Assembly (NCBI GenBank): GCA_963796285.1
Contig: CAWCKW010000012.1
Span: 224,001-288,000, forward strand
Reading direction: 5' to 3'
Length of the DNA: 64,000 nucleotides
From: Nitrospirota bacterium
GTDB taxonomy: Bacteria > Nitrospirota > UBA9217
Shown: in pieces, positions 22,420 through 32,842 of the stretch
How positions within the stretch are numbered: the stretch's first letter is position 1
Layout of the letters: each line of letters begins with the position of its first letter
Made by a program: the position numbers and the translations under genes
The notes under the pieces: model-generated
Databases searched by the model: none
The model's input: only the letters and a program-made list of their open reading frames with translations
What the model was told of the DNA's origin: nothing

Positions 22420-23787
22420 ATGAGTATCCTGGTAGTCGGTCTCAGTCATAAAACAGCGCCTATTGAGGTGCGTGAGAAGCTCAATTTTCCTGAAGCTACT
22501 GTTTCGGAGGCGCTCAGGAAACTGGTGAGCTACGAGGGGATCCGGGAGGGCCTTATTCTGTCAACCTGCAACCGAGTGGAAATCTACGCGTCAGTGCAGG
22601 ACAGCGCCAACGGCATCGAACGGATCAAGCAGTTCATCTCCGAGTACCATGGGCTCTCCCGGGAGGCCCTGGACCAGTCGCTCTACGTGTATCCCGATGC
22701 ACAAGGAGTGCGTCACACGTTTCGCGTGGCATCAAGTCTCGATTCCATGGTGCTGGGAGAGGCGCAGATCCTGGGGCAGCTCAAGGATGCCTTTGATATC
22801 GCCCTCAAGGCAAAGACCACGAGCACCATTCTTAACAAGCTGACCAAGAAGGCTATATCCGTCGCAAAACGCGTGCGTACCGAAACCAGGCTTGCAGAAG
22901 GAGCTGTTTCGATCAGCACGGCCGCCGTGGAACTGGCAAAAAAGATCTTCGGCGAACTGACGGGAAAGTACGTCATGCTCCTGGGCGCGGGCGAGATGGC
23001 GGAACTGGCGGCCCAGCACCTCCTGGGCAATGGCGTGAAGAACATCATGGTCGCGAACCGCACCTTTGAACGCGCCGAAGAACTCGCCAAGGAGTTCAAA
23101 GGCGACGCCATCCGTTTCGAAAATTTCCCCGATGCCCTGGTCATGGTGGACATTCTTATCTGCGCTACCGGCGCATCGCACTACGTCGTCGATCGAGATA
23201 TGGTCGGCCGGGTGCTCAAAGAACGCCGCAACAAGCCGATCTTCATGATCGACATCTCAAATCCGAGGAACATCGACCCCGAGGTCGACAAGGCCGACAA
23301 TGTCTATCTTTATGACATCGATGACCTTCAAAGCAAGGTTGACGTGAACACCGGTGGAAGGGCAAAAGAAGCTGAGAAGGCCGAAGAGCTCATCACACAG
23401 GAGGTTGAGACATACCTCCAGTGGGAGCGTGCCCTTGATGCCGTGCCGACCATCGTGGATCTTCGCGAAAAAGTGGAAGATATCCGCAAGCGGGAACTTG
23501 ACAAGACAGTCGGCTCGTTGAGCGGCATTACCGAAGACCAAATACGGGCCATGGAGGCCATGTCCCAGGCAATTGTGAACAAGCTGCTCCATGCGCCCCT
23601 GGTGGTCCTGAAGCAGGCTGCTTCCACCCCCGGTGAAGGCGATACTACGATCGCTATCGCTCGCAGGCTGTTTAACCTGGACAAGGAATTGAAACGGCCG
23701 GTACGTGAGATAGGGGCAGAATCACCTGGTAAAGAAGGATCTGATCAGAGTTTGGAACACCAGACAGCAAAGAATAGTTGCCACTGA
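22420..23787 (+). CDS. hemA: Glutamyl-tRNA reductase
   Basis: STCNRVE, GEAQILGQ, GAGEMA. Confidence 0.97.
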   Translation: MSILVVGLSHKTAPIEVREKLNFPEATVSEALRKLVSYEGIREGLILSTCNRVEIYASVQDSANGIERIKQFISEYHGLSREALDQSLYVYPDAQGVRHTFRVASSLDSMVLGEAQILGQLKDAFDIALKAKTTSTILNKLTKKAISVAKRVRTETRLAEGAVSISTAAVELAKKIFGELTGKYVMLLGAGEMAELAAQHLLGNGVKNIMVANRTFERAEELAKEFKGDAIRFENFPDALVMVDILICATGASHYVVDRDMVGRVLKERRNKPIFMIDISNPRNIDPEVDKADNVYLYDIDDLQSKVDVNTGGRAKEAEKAEELITQEVETYLQWERALDAVPTIVDLREKVEDIRKRELDKTVGSLSGITEDQIRAMEAMSQAIVNKLLHAPLVVLKQAASTPGEGDTTIAIARRLFNLDKELKRPVREIGAESPGKEGSDQSLEHQTAKNSCH

Positions 23788-23846
23788 TACACACGGAAAG
23801 AATCGAATTTTATTTTTGGTTTTGTAATCCGTGTTCACGTACGGTT
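23780..23846. repeat. Degenerate inverted-repeat element at hemA/hemC junction
   Basis: CCACTGATACACACGGA...ATCCGTGTTCACGTACGG; same type as the pheS/pheT element. Confidence 0.5.
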
Positions 23847-23870
23847 AAAATGTCCTGAAGGAGTATTTCA

Positions 23871-24835
23871 TTGAGAAAACAGATCAGAATCGGTACACGC
23901 GCGAGCGCGCTCGCGCTTTGGCAGGCGGAGTGGGTGAAGTCGGAGCTCGAGAAGGAATATCCGGGCATGACCGTGTCGCTCACGAAGATCAAGACCACGG
24001 GCGACAAGATCCTCGATGTGCCGCTCGCCAAGGTCGGCGGCAAGGGGCTCTTCGTGAAGGAGATCGAAGAGGCCATGCTGGCGAATGAGATCGACATCGC
24101 CGTGCACAGCATGAAGGACGTGCCGACCTTTTTCCCCGACGGTCTGCATCTTTCGTGCATCACGAAACGCGAGGACGCGAGGGACGCGTTGCTTTCACGG
24201 AACAACATTAAATTCAATGACCTTCCCCGGGGCGCGAACATCGGCACGAGCAGCCTCAGGCGCCAGGCCCAGATCATGAGCATCCGTCCGGATTTTGTGA
24301 TCCACCAGCTGCGCGGCAACGTGGGCACGCAGGCTGCAGAAATTGAAAGAAGGAAAGTTCGACGCAATCATTCTTGCCGCGGCAGGTGTGAAGCGGCTCG
24401 GGCTTGAGGCAAACGTCGCGGAATACCTTTCAACTGAGATCAGCCTGCCCGCCATCGGCCAGGGCGCCCTCGGCATCGAATGCCGGGTGGATGATCGGGA
24501 CCTCAATGACATGATCGCGTTCTTCAATCATGCAGACAGCCGCACCTGCGTTACCGGGAGAACGTGCGCTCCTGCGCAGGCTCGAAGGAGGCTGCCAAGT
24601 CCCGATCGCCTGCTATGGACAGATGAAGGACGGGAAGCTGAAACTCAGCGGTCTCGTGGGAAGCGTTGACGGAAAGCGGATCGTCAAGGACTCAATCGAA
24701 GGAGAGCCGGAAAAGGCCGAGAAGCTCGGTGTCACGCTGGCGGAGAGACTCCTGTCCCAGGGTGCGGACGTGATCCTTCGGGAAGTATACGGGAATACGA
24801 CCGATTTCAGCGGAAATAATCTTTTAGAAAATTAA
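23871..24835 (+). CDS. hemC: Hydroxymethylbilane synthase, two frameshifts
   Basis: [43 protein letters not shown]. Confidence 0.95.
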
Positions 24836-24843
24836 TCAAACTT

Positions 24844-25015
24844 TAACCACAGAGATCGCAGAGAAAAAATTCAAATATCACATCAATACACAAGGAACAA
24901 GAAACTAAAAGGATTTTCCCGCCGTGTTGGATAACAAATCATAGATATTCGTATTAACCTTGAGCATCGATTTTTGTCATTCATTTACACTGCGATCTCT
25001 GCGTTTCTGCGGTAA
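24844..25015. repeat. Inverted-repeat element at hemC/cobA junction
   Basis: Perfect 12-bp IR CAGAGATCGCAG (24850-24861) / CTGCGATCTCTG (24990-25001) around an AT-rich core. Confidence 0.7.
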
Positions 25016-25026
25016 TAATATAAAAC

Positions 25027-26556
25027 ATGACTCCTTCAATCGGAAAAGTATATTTAATCGGAGCAGGACCGGGTGACCCAGGATTGATCACGGTCAAAGG
25101 CCTGGAGTGCGTGAAAAAAGCCGATGTGATCATCTACGACTATCTTGCGAACGAGCGGCTGCTCGACCAGCGGCGGCCTGACGCGGAACTCATCTACGTG
25201 GGCAAGCAGGGTGGCAGGCACACGCTCCCCCAGGACGAGATCAACAGCTTGATCGTTAGGAAGGCCAAAGAGGGAAAGATAATAGCGCGCTTAAAGGGAG
25301 GCGATCCGTTCATTTTTGGCAGGGGCGGCGAAGAGGCCGAGGACCTGGCTGACAACGGCATCCTTTTCGAGATCGTGCCCGGGGTTACCGCTGCCACCGC
25401 GGTGCCGACCTACGCGGGCATCCCGCTTACCCACCGCGATTACACCGCAAGCGTGGCCTTCGTGACCGGCCATGAAGACCCCACAAAACCGGAATCAAAG
25501 GTGCACTGGGACAAGCTATCGACCGGCATCGGTACGCTGGTGTTCTTTATGGGCATGAAGAACCTCCAGAATATTGTGGACAATCTCATCTCCCACGGCA
25601 GAAATGCCGAGACGCCGGTGGCCCTGATCCAATGGGGCACCCGCACGGACCAGCGGGTCGTGACGGGGACCCTGAGGGATATCGTCCCGAAGGTAAAAGA
25701 GGCCGGACTCGGCCCCCCCGCCATTATTGTCGTCGGCGAGGTTGTGAAACTCAGGCAGAAACTGAACTGGTACGAGTCCAAACCGCTTTTCGGAAAACGG
25801 GTCATGGTCACGCGTTCGCGCGACCAGGCAAGCGTATTCGCTGAAATGCTGATCGACCGCGGCGCAACGACCATTGAGTTCCCCACTATCGATGTCGTTC
25901 CTCCCGCGAGCTGGGCCGAGCTGGACAGCGCTATCCAGATGATAGAAACATACAACTGGATAATCTTCACGAGCGCGAACGCGGTCAAATATTTCATGGA
26001 GCGGCTTCGCGGGCTCGGCAAGGACCTGCGCATCCTCAAAGGCGTGAACATCTGCACGGTTGGACCAAAGACAGCGGAGCTGCTCGAACAGTACGGCCTG
26101 AGGGCAGATCTGATACCCGCGGAGTTCAAAGCCGAAGGCGTGATCGCCGCTCTCGGCGGTGCAGCCGTGAAGGGCCGGAAATTCCTGATCCCCCGGGCGA
26201 AAGTGGCCCGTGAGATCATTCCGGACAAGCTCAGGGGACAGGGCGCCGATGTGACTGTCGCTGTTGCCTACGAGAATGTGCGGCCGACAGCAGACGTGGA
26301 CCGGGTTAAAAAGCTATTTGAGGAGAAAAAGATCGCCGTAGTGACCTTCACCAGCTCATCTACGGTTCATAATTTTGTTGAAATACTCGGCCAAAAAGGG
26401 TATATAAAACTTATCGAGGGTGTGTCCGTGGCCTGCATCGGCCCGGTAACGGCAAAGACCGCGGAAGAATACGGCATGAGGACGGACATTATGCCGAAAG
26501 ACTATACCATTCCGGCCCTCGTCGATGCGATGGTAGATTTTTTCAAGAAGTCATGA
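25027..26556 (+). CDS. cobA: Uroporphyrinogen-III C-methyltransferase / synthase fusion (CobA-HemD)
   Basis: GAGPGDPGLIT, RLKGGDPFIFGRGGEE, IIFTSANAV, FTSSSTV. Confidence 0.95.
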   Translation: MTPSIGKVYLIGAGPGDPGLITVKGLECVKKADVIIYDYLANERLLDQRRPDAELIYVGKQGGRHTLPQDEINSLIVRKAKEGKIIARLKGGDPFIFGRGGEEAEDLADNGILFEIVPGVTAATAVPTYAGIPLTHRDYTASVAFVTGHEDPTKPESKVHWDKLSTGIGTLVFFMGMKNLQNIVDNLISHGRNAETPVALIQWGTRTDQRVVTGTLRDIVPKVKEAGLGPPAIIVVGEVVKLRQKLNWYESKPLFGKRVMVTRSRDQASVFAEMLIDRGATTIEFPTIDVVPPASWAELDSAIQMIETYNWIIFTSANAVKYFMERLRGLGKDLRILKGVNICTVGPKTAELLEQYGLRADLIPAEFKAEGVIAALGGAAVKGRKFLIPRAKVAREIIPDKLRGQGADVTVAVAYENVRPTADVDRVKKLFEEKKIAVVTFTSSSTVHNFVEILGQKGYIKLIEGVSVACIGPVTAKTAEEYGMRTDIMPKDYTIPALVDAMVDFFKKS

Positions 26557-26653
26557 TTGTCAAGAGGATAAACAGGATGTACTGGATACAGTAAGATCAC
26601 GAAGTCTTACTCCTGTTGAATACTTTGATCCAGCCTATACAAAGGAGAATAGC

Positions 26654-27031
26654 ATGATTACCATTTCAGAAGTTGCAGCGGACAAGATCAAGGAGATACT
26701 TAAAGCGGAAGGCGTACCCAACCATGCCCTGCGTGTAACAACAGCCGGCGGCGGCTGTGGTTGCGGCCCATCCTATGAAATCATGATCGACGACAAGACC
26801 GGCGACGGCGACACGGTGGTCGAGAAAAATGGGGCCAGGCTTTTTGTCGATGCCTCAACTGCCAAGTCGCTGGCTGGGGCTGAGCTCGGCTTCATTAGCG
26901 ATGAGCGCGGCGAAGGTTTTGCCATCGGTTTCCCGAACGGCGCACCGTCAGGTGGGAGCTGTGGCTGCGGCGGTGAAGAACCCAAGTCGAGCGGAGGCGG
27001 ATGCGGCTCCGGAGGCTGCGGGTGCAGCTGA
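26654..27031 (+). CDS. HesB/IscA-family Fe-S assembly accessory protein with Cys/Gly-rich tail
   Basis: ITISEVAADKIKEIL, GGGCGCG, GSCGCG. Confidence 0.85.
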   Translation: MITISEVAADKIKEILKAEGVPNHALRVTTAGGGCGCGPSYEIMIDDKTGDGDTVVEKNGARLFVDASTAKSLAGAELGFISDERGEGFAIGFPNGAPSGGSCGCGGEEPKSSGGGCGSGGCGCS

Positions 27032-27037
27032 TCCCAT

Positions 27038-27065
27038 TGCGGATTGCGGAGTGCGGATTGCGGAG
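27038..27065 (+). repeat. Heptamer tandem repeat (TGCGGA[T/G]) x4
   Basis: tgcggat tgcggag tgcggat tgcggag. Confidence 0.85.
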
Positions 27066-27118
27066 TGAAACCCTGATTCGCATTCATCGATGGTCAGATG
27101 AGGTGATGAGGAGATTGC

Positions 27119-28093
27119 ATGTTTGAGCCTTTATACCGGCCGAGAAGGCTGAGGTCCAACGAGAACATACGGCGCATGGTACGGGAGACAACGCTTTCTC
27201 CTGATGATTTCATCTATCCGCTCTTTGTCATGCACGGCAAGGGTGTCAAGAAAGAGATCAGTTCCATGCCCGGGAACTATCAGCAGTCCATCGACAACAT
27301 CGTGAAGGACTGTGAAGAGGTGAAGGACCTCGGTATTCCAGCCGTTCTCCTCTTCGGGATTCCCGAGCACAAGGATGAGGTCGGCAGCGAGGCCTACTCC
27401 GATGAGGGCATTGTCCAGCATGCGATCAAGGCGATCAAAAACAAGTTTCCTGAACTTGTCGTGATCACCGACGTCTGTCTCTGCGAATACACGAGCCACG
27501 GCCACTGCGGCTTGATCAAGAACGGCGTGGTCCAGAACGATGCCACGCTCGAACTGCTTGCCAGGGAAGCGCTTTCCCATGCCAGGGCCGGCGCGGACAT
27601 GGTTGCACCATCGGATATGATGGATGGCAGGGTCGGCGCCATCCGGGAGACACTCGACAGCGATGGTTTTTACGATATACCCATCATGTCCTATGCAGCG
27701 AAATATGCGTCAAGCTTCTACGGCCCGTTCCGCGAGGCAGCTGAGTCGACGCCGCAGTTCGGTGATCGCCGTTCGTACCAGATGGATGCTCCGAACAGCC
27801 GCGAGGCCTTGCGCGAGGTCGCTCTGGACATCGACGAGGGCGCCGACATCGTTATGGTAAAGCCCGCACTCGCCTATCTCGACATCATTTACCAGGTCAA
27901 GCAGCAATTCAATCTGCCTGTTGCGGCCTATAATGTGAGCGGAGAATACTCCATGATAAAAGCCGCGGCAAAGCTCGGCTGGATCGATGGAGAACGCGCC
28001 ATGATGGAGTCGCTCATTGCGATCAAACGGGCAGGCGCAGACATCATCCTTACGTATTTCGCCAAAGAGGCCGCAGCGCTGTTGAATAAATAG
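27119..28093 (+). CDS. hemB: Porphobilinogen synthase
   Basis: [29 protein letters not shown]. Confidence 0.97.
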   Translation: MFEPLYRPRRLRSNENIRRMVRETTLSPDDFIYPLFVMHGKGVKKEISSMPGNYQQSIDNIVKDCEEVKDLGIPAVLLFGIPEHKDEVGSEAYSDEGIVQHAIKAIKNKFPELVVITDVCLCEYTSHGHCGLIKNGVVQNDATLELLAREALSHARAGADMVAPSDMMDGRVGAIRETLDSDGFYDIPIMSYAAKYASSFYGPFREAAESTPQFGDRRSYQMDAPNSREALREVALDIDEGADIVMVKPALAYLDIIYQVKQQFNLPVAAYNVSGEYSMIKAAAKLGWIDGERAMMESLIAIKRAGADIILTYFAKEAAALLNK

Positions 28094-28415
28094 CTCATGA
28101 GCTCGCTGGGTCGGTGAAGTACGAACAATTTCCCGTTCGATGTGTGAAAGCTCTCGGACGGGATTGTTTTATCCCCCTCGATCATCTTTTCGTCACTACC
28201 TCTCACAATTCCCCGTAATTAGACATAGCTGCCATGTACCGCCAAATTAAAGTCCCCTTTCAGGTTTCTTGAGGTGCTTGATTTCAGGGATCGAGTCCGC
28301 TGAAAAGATTTATTCAGCTGACGTGCCGGAGAAGGACCTCGAGTGTTTTGTTGATTAAAACCTTGTTCTGTTGAAAAAATCCAATGTTACGACATCATAT
28401 CGTAACTAACGGGGC

Positions 28416-29213
28416 CTAGACGTTCTTTTCAGTACTCTGTTTGTGTTCATGGCTGAATATATGGTCCTTGCAGTATCCCAGCCCGCCGCAGTCTGAGCAG
28501 TAACGAAATTCCATCTGGGGATGGGATACATCAGTGATACCGCAGGTCGCGCAGGTATGGAATGCTTCCTTCTTTCCGGAGTACTGTCTGACCTGAGTAG
28601 CCATAATACGTTTACCGCTCTTCATCCTCCACAAAATATCGTTTCCGAAGAACAAAAGGAAGTTGCTGATCGATGCAAGCACGAGCAGCCGCGTCGACCA
28701 TGAGCCGAACAGGACCTCATAGGCATAGCCGATCCACGTGAGCAAAGCCAGCCACTTGATCTTTACCGGGAGGATAAAGAAGATCAAGAGCTGAAAATCC
28801 GGATACAGGAAGGCGAATGCCAAAAACACAGACCCGCCGATAAACATGTTCGTTGCCGGATAAAGGGGCAGAATGAACGATACGGCTACGGTGACGACGT
28901 AGCCGACAAGGAGAAAAAAATCATAACGGAACGCCCCCCAGTGGTCTTCAAGTGCGGTGCCCATGAGGTAGAACATGTACCAGGCAAAAAATGCGAATAT
29001 CGGGTTGGTCACGGGAGGGATGAACAGGAATGTGATGAGCCGCCACCACTCGCCGGCCATGACGAGGTCGGGAATGAGTACGACGCGTTGGAGGATGAAT
29101 CTGCCGGACAGGGCGAAGACGAAGAAGAGCACCTGGCCGAGGATGAGGTAGAGGGTCACATTATGGACGGCATAGCGCCGCAATTTTCGTTCGAGGTTTT
29201 CAAGCAGGTTCAT
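28416..29213 (-). CDS. Rhomboid-like membrane protein with C-terminal Cys/His zinc-finger-like tail
   Basis: GEWWRLITFLF; HTCATCG..FRYCSDC..YCKDH. Confidence 0.6.
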   Translation of the reverse strand: MNLLENLERKLRRYAVHNVTLYLILGQVLFFVFALSGRFILQRVVLIPDLVMAGEWWRLITFLFIPPVTNPIFAFFAWYMFYLMGTALEDHWGAFRYDFFLLVGYVVTVAVSFILPLYPATNMFIGGSVFLAFAFLYPDFQLLIFFILPVKIKWLALLTWIGYAYEVLFGSWSTRLLVLASISNFLLFFGNDILWRMKSGKRIMATQVRQYSGKKEAFHTCATCGITDVSHPQMEFRYCSDCGGLGYCKDHIFSHEHKQSTEKNV

Positions 29214-29249
29214 GTAACACTCCATGCAGGATGGACACCCATCCCGATA

Positions 29250-29921
29250 TCAGACGGAGATTGTTGCTCCGTTTAGTTGCATTAGCTTGCCGGCATCGTC
29301 AAATTCAGCGCTCAACCGTTCTCCGGAGTCAAGTTCGCAGGTGATCGCGGGGCCGGTTTCTGCAAACAGCAGTTTTTTTATCCGGAGATAGGAGAGGAGC
29401 GTCTTCCGGTGATTGAGCTCGTACCGGGAGATCAGGTCCAGGAACCTGCGTGATAAGCGCGACAGGTCAAAGGAAGGTTGCGCGTCTATCCTTTTATCGA
29501 AGAAGAGCAGATATGCCGATCCGCCTTCGTATGCATCCCGGAAATAGCAGCTCGCATTGCAGAGCTCGCTGGCGATCATCGAAAGAACATGACCATCAGC
29601 CTTGTGAAGATCAACGGAGGGGAGCGTAAATTCCCGGACACCCTTTCGCGATCCCCAGTCCCTGAGCTCGCGGGATGCCAGGTGCAGGTCCGCGGGGAGC
29701 TCCTCTGTCTGCTCCTCAGCCCATGCCCAGAGCCAGATCAGCGTGTTGTCTGATTCCGTTCCGAGTACCTGAAAGGAGATTTCGAGGCCGTCGTTGAACC
29801 TGATCTTCCCGGTGTCGAGGTCAAGATCATACGCGTAGTCGCCGAGAAGGAGCGCCAGCTTGTCCTGCTTTTCGAGGGATCGGAGGGCAAATTGTTCGAG
29901 ATATTCAGTAATTGAATTCAT
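29250..29921 (-). CDS. Conserved hypothetical protein (DUF6882-like)
   Basis: FQVLGTES...WLWAWA motif. Confidence 0.55.
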   Translation of the reverse strand: MNSITEYLEQFALRSLEKQDKLALLLGDYAYDLDLDTGKIRFNDGLEISFQVLGTESDNTLIWLWAWAEEQTEELPADLHLASRELRDWGSRKGVREFTLPSVDLHKADGHVLSMIASELCNASCYFRDAYEGGSAYLLFFDKRIDAQPSFDLSRLSRRFLDLISRYELNHRKTLLSYLRIKKLLFAETGPAITCELDSGERLSAEFDDAGKLMQLNGATISV

Positions 29922-30159
29922 GGTCAGCCGGATGTCTCTGTAAGAATACCGTTACTATACTGTTATTCATTCTTTTTTGCAAGACTGGTAAGAATGGCTA
30001 CATTGAGGAAGAAGATTTAGCTCCCTTTTATGCCAGGAAGGATGCGTTCGAAGAGGCTCATATTCAGACGTTCGCTCGTCGGGCCTTTAACGCCGAAATG
30101 CCGTCTTCCGCCGGCTTAACCTCGTACCCGTACATCCCTAGATTCCCTCGGGTCAACTT

Positions 30160-30549
30160 CTATCCGTAATGATGTCCCGAAATCTGCCAGTGCAGGAACT
30201 GATGGATCTCGTCAGACGCTGATTTTGCGCTGATGCGCACATACCCGTCCGCATCCTGCAGCGCGGCCTCGATGATGGGCTTCACTGCCTGCTCTTCGAG
30301 ATGCCGATAGCGTCTTGCCAGGTGGCCGAGGCTTACGAGCGCGTTGCCGCGGACCATGCTGTTCTCGCTGGAGCAAAGCCGGATGCAGACGGCCTGAGTA
30401 AAGTTGAAATCGAGATCGGACAGCGCGAGCGTAATGGATGCGAGCTGGAGTTCCCCGGGGTCGTTTCGCGAGAGCGCGGCGTTTACATCTTTCTCGGTAA
30501 TACTATTGAGGTCCTGAAGTTTATCTATCATGGTCGAGGTGACATTATG
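30160..30549 (-). CDS. HEAT-repeat-like hypothetical protein
   Basis: VRGNALVSLGHLAR, DADGYVRISA. Confidence 0.55.
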   Translation of the reverse strand, partial: HNVTSTMIDKLQDLNSITEKDVNAALSRNDPGELQLASITLALSDLDFNFTQAVCIRLCSSENSMVRGNALVSLGHLARRYRHLEEQAVKPIIEAALQDADGYVRISAKSASDEIHQFLHWQISGHHYG

Positions 30550-30799
30550 CATCTTTATTCAGGAATACTACATCGGTGAATGTATAGTGTCACTAATAAA
30601 ATAGCTTCGGTCGGCTCCAGTCTTTCGTAAAATAGGTTGATACCGTGATCCGTAATATCTGCTCCGCAATATTTCGAGACGGGAGGGAGCATGAGCTTGT
30701 TACACGTGTGTCCCGGCGATTCCCTGCTACAACTCCGCAGAGTCCTCATTTTGCACAAAATATTTGCATTTGCCGGCCTCATGGTGTAATATTCGACGC

Positions 30800-32245
30800 A
30801 TGAATAAGAAAACATACCGGTTCCTCTATGCGGCATTTCTCCTATCCTTCTTCCTTGTCGGTTGTGCTGTGCCGACCACATCGCAGACAGCGGCCACTAA
30901 CACCGATATCAACCAGGTCCCGACCTCTAATGATCATGCAGGCAACGCACTGCTTTCGCATGCAGACCCTTCATCCGATCTGATCGCCGCCGACGCGGAT
31001 GATGGGGAAGATTCCACCCTTGAAGAGACAAAGAACGGCATCGCCTCGCCCGGTGAGGAAAGCAGCCTCGACGCGGCACTTGAGCTTACCGCGACCTCCC
31101 AGGAGCTCTGGGCATCGGGAGATGCCGGAAAGGCCATTGAAGTTCTGGATCAAGCATACGCGCTCATCTTGAAAGCGCCTGCGGACGCTGATGGAAAGAA
31201 CAGCCAGCAGAAAGACGATCTTCGCTTCCTGATCTCCAAGAGGCTCATGGAGATATATACGTCGCGTCTCACCGCGGTGCGGGGCAAGCATAATGAGATC
31301 CCTCTTGTCATGAACGAGCATGTGGCGGGCGAGATCAAACTTTTCCAGACAATGGAGCGTGATTTCTTTATAGAATCATATAAGCGATCGGGCAAATACC
31401 GGGAGGAAATGGTCAAGGCATTCCGCGAAGCCGGCATTCCCGAGGAGATCACCTGGCTTCCGTTGATCGAGAGCGGATTCAAGGCGCGCGCCATGTCCCG
31501 TGCGCGGGCACTGGGTCTGTGGCAGTTCATCCCCTCAACAGGGTATAAGTACGGCCTCAAGCGCGATGCATGGATCGATGAGCGACTGGATCCGGGAAAG
31601 GCCACAGCGGCGTCCATTGCCTATTTAAAGGAATTGCATCAGATGTTCGGCGACTGGGCCACGGTGCTTGCGGCGTACAACTGCGGGGAAGGGAACGTGC
31701 TGCGCGCAATCCGGGGACAAAAAATCGATTACCTCGATAATTTCTGGGACCTCTATCAACGCCTGCCGCGAGAGACCGCCCGGTATTACCCGCGGTTCCT
31801 GGCGGTCCTTACGATCATGAAGGACCCCGCAAAATACGGATTCACCCTTGATGAGCTTGAGAAGCCGGCCGCGTACGAAGTGGTCACCATAGAAAAGCCG
31901 GTCCATTTGAAAAAGATCGCGGAAAAGACCGGGTGTTCCGCTGAAGAACTTGCGAACCTGAACCCCGAACTTCGAAATCAAGCCACACCTCCCGAGCCGT
32001 ACGCGCTCAAAGTACCGGTTGGCAAAAAGGACGCTGTTCTCGCTTGCGTGGATGCTCTGCCGAAATGGTCGCCGCCCAAGTTGGATTACGTGGTCCACCG
32101 GGTGCGGAGAGGGGAGACCCTGTCCAGAATCGCCATGCACTATCGCACGAGCGTTCAGCGGATCATGGAAGCGAACAACCTGAGGCGGGGAAAGCTGATC
32201 AGCGTCGGCCAGCGCCTGAAGATACCAGTTCGAACCACCAGCTAG
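30800..32245 (+). CDS. MltD-like lytic murein transglycosylase lipoprotein with LysM
   Basis: LVGC lipobox, LIESGF, GLWQF, LAAYNCGEG, HRVRRGETLSRIA. Confidence 0.9.
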   Translation: MNKKTYRFLYAAFLLSFFLVGCAVPTTSQTAATNTDINQVPTSNDHAGNALLSHADPSSDLIAADADDGEDSTLEETKNGIASPGEESSLDAALELTATSQELWASGDAGKAIEVLDQAYALILKAPADADGKNSQQKDDLRFLISKRLMEIYTSRLTAVRGKHNEIPLVMNEHVAGEIKLFQTMERDFFIESYKRSGKYREEMVKAFREAGIPEEITWLPLIESGFKARAMSRARALGLWQFIPSTGYKYGLKRDAWIDERLDPGKATAASIAYLKELHQMFGDWATVLAAYNCGEGNVLRAIRGQKIDYLDNFWDLYQRLPRETARYYPRFLAVLTIMKDPAKYGFTLDELEKPAAYEVVTIEKPVHLKKIAEKTGCSAEELANLNPELRNQATPPEPYALKVPVGKKDAVLACVDALPKWSPPKLDYVVHRVRRGETLSRIAMHYRTSVQRIMEANNLRRGKLISVGQRLKIPVRTTS

Positions 32246-32446
32246 ATTTTCTTCTGTTCCGCGATCCGCCTCCTGATCCCTTCGGGGATCGAGATCTCCT
32301 TTTCTTTCGCGATAATGATGCATCACCATGGCGCCCTCGCTATTCGCTGGGATCTCCCTGTGGCGATGGCCCACCACCTTGTACCTTATCGAGAAACGGT
32401 CCTCCTCAATGCAAACGATCTTTGCTTCTAACGAGAACGTATCGGG
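32242..32446 (-). pseudogene. C-terminal remnant of acyl-CoA thioesterase (YbgC/FadM-like)
   Basis: My translation: PDTFSLEAKIVCIEEDRFSIRYKVVGHRH..EGAMVMHHYRE / IPEGIRRRIAEQKKI*. N-terminal half absent. Confidence 0.5.
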
Positions 32447-32842
32447 ATTGCAAGGAGAAATTTATCCGTCAGATAAATATAGATCGTCTTTCCCGGATAC
32501 GATACATCAGGCCGCTATTTCAACATCTTATACATCTTTCATGCTGATTTTCCTCTCGCAATACCGTAGGACAAATAACCCCGGCAAATAGGGACTTCAT
32601 CCAATTGTCAAAACCCCGTGTACCCTCTATGTTTAAATCAACAAAATGCGGTAGGGAGGGAAGCTGAAAAGCCAGAGGGCAGAAAAAAGTGCCGGGATAG
32701 TCACCTGCCGGATCCGGCAAGCAAAAGGAGACTTTAGAAATCAATCTAGTTCACCTTGACGCTCTATTAACGTTCTGATTGTAAAGTAATAAATATAAGA
32801 GTAAGAGAATGCCAAAAGCAGTTTATTCTTAAGGACACTGAA

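Noticed and set aside
26654-27031. Selenocysteine in the HesB-like protein
   Set aside because: The motif positions are Cys codons and there is no internal TGA.
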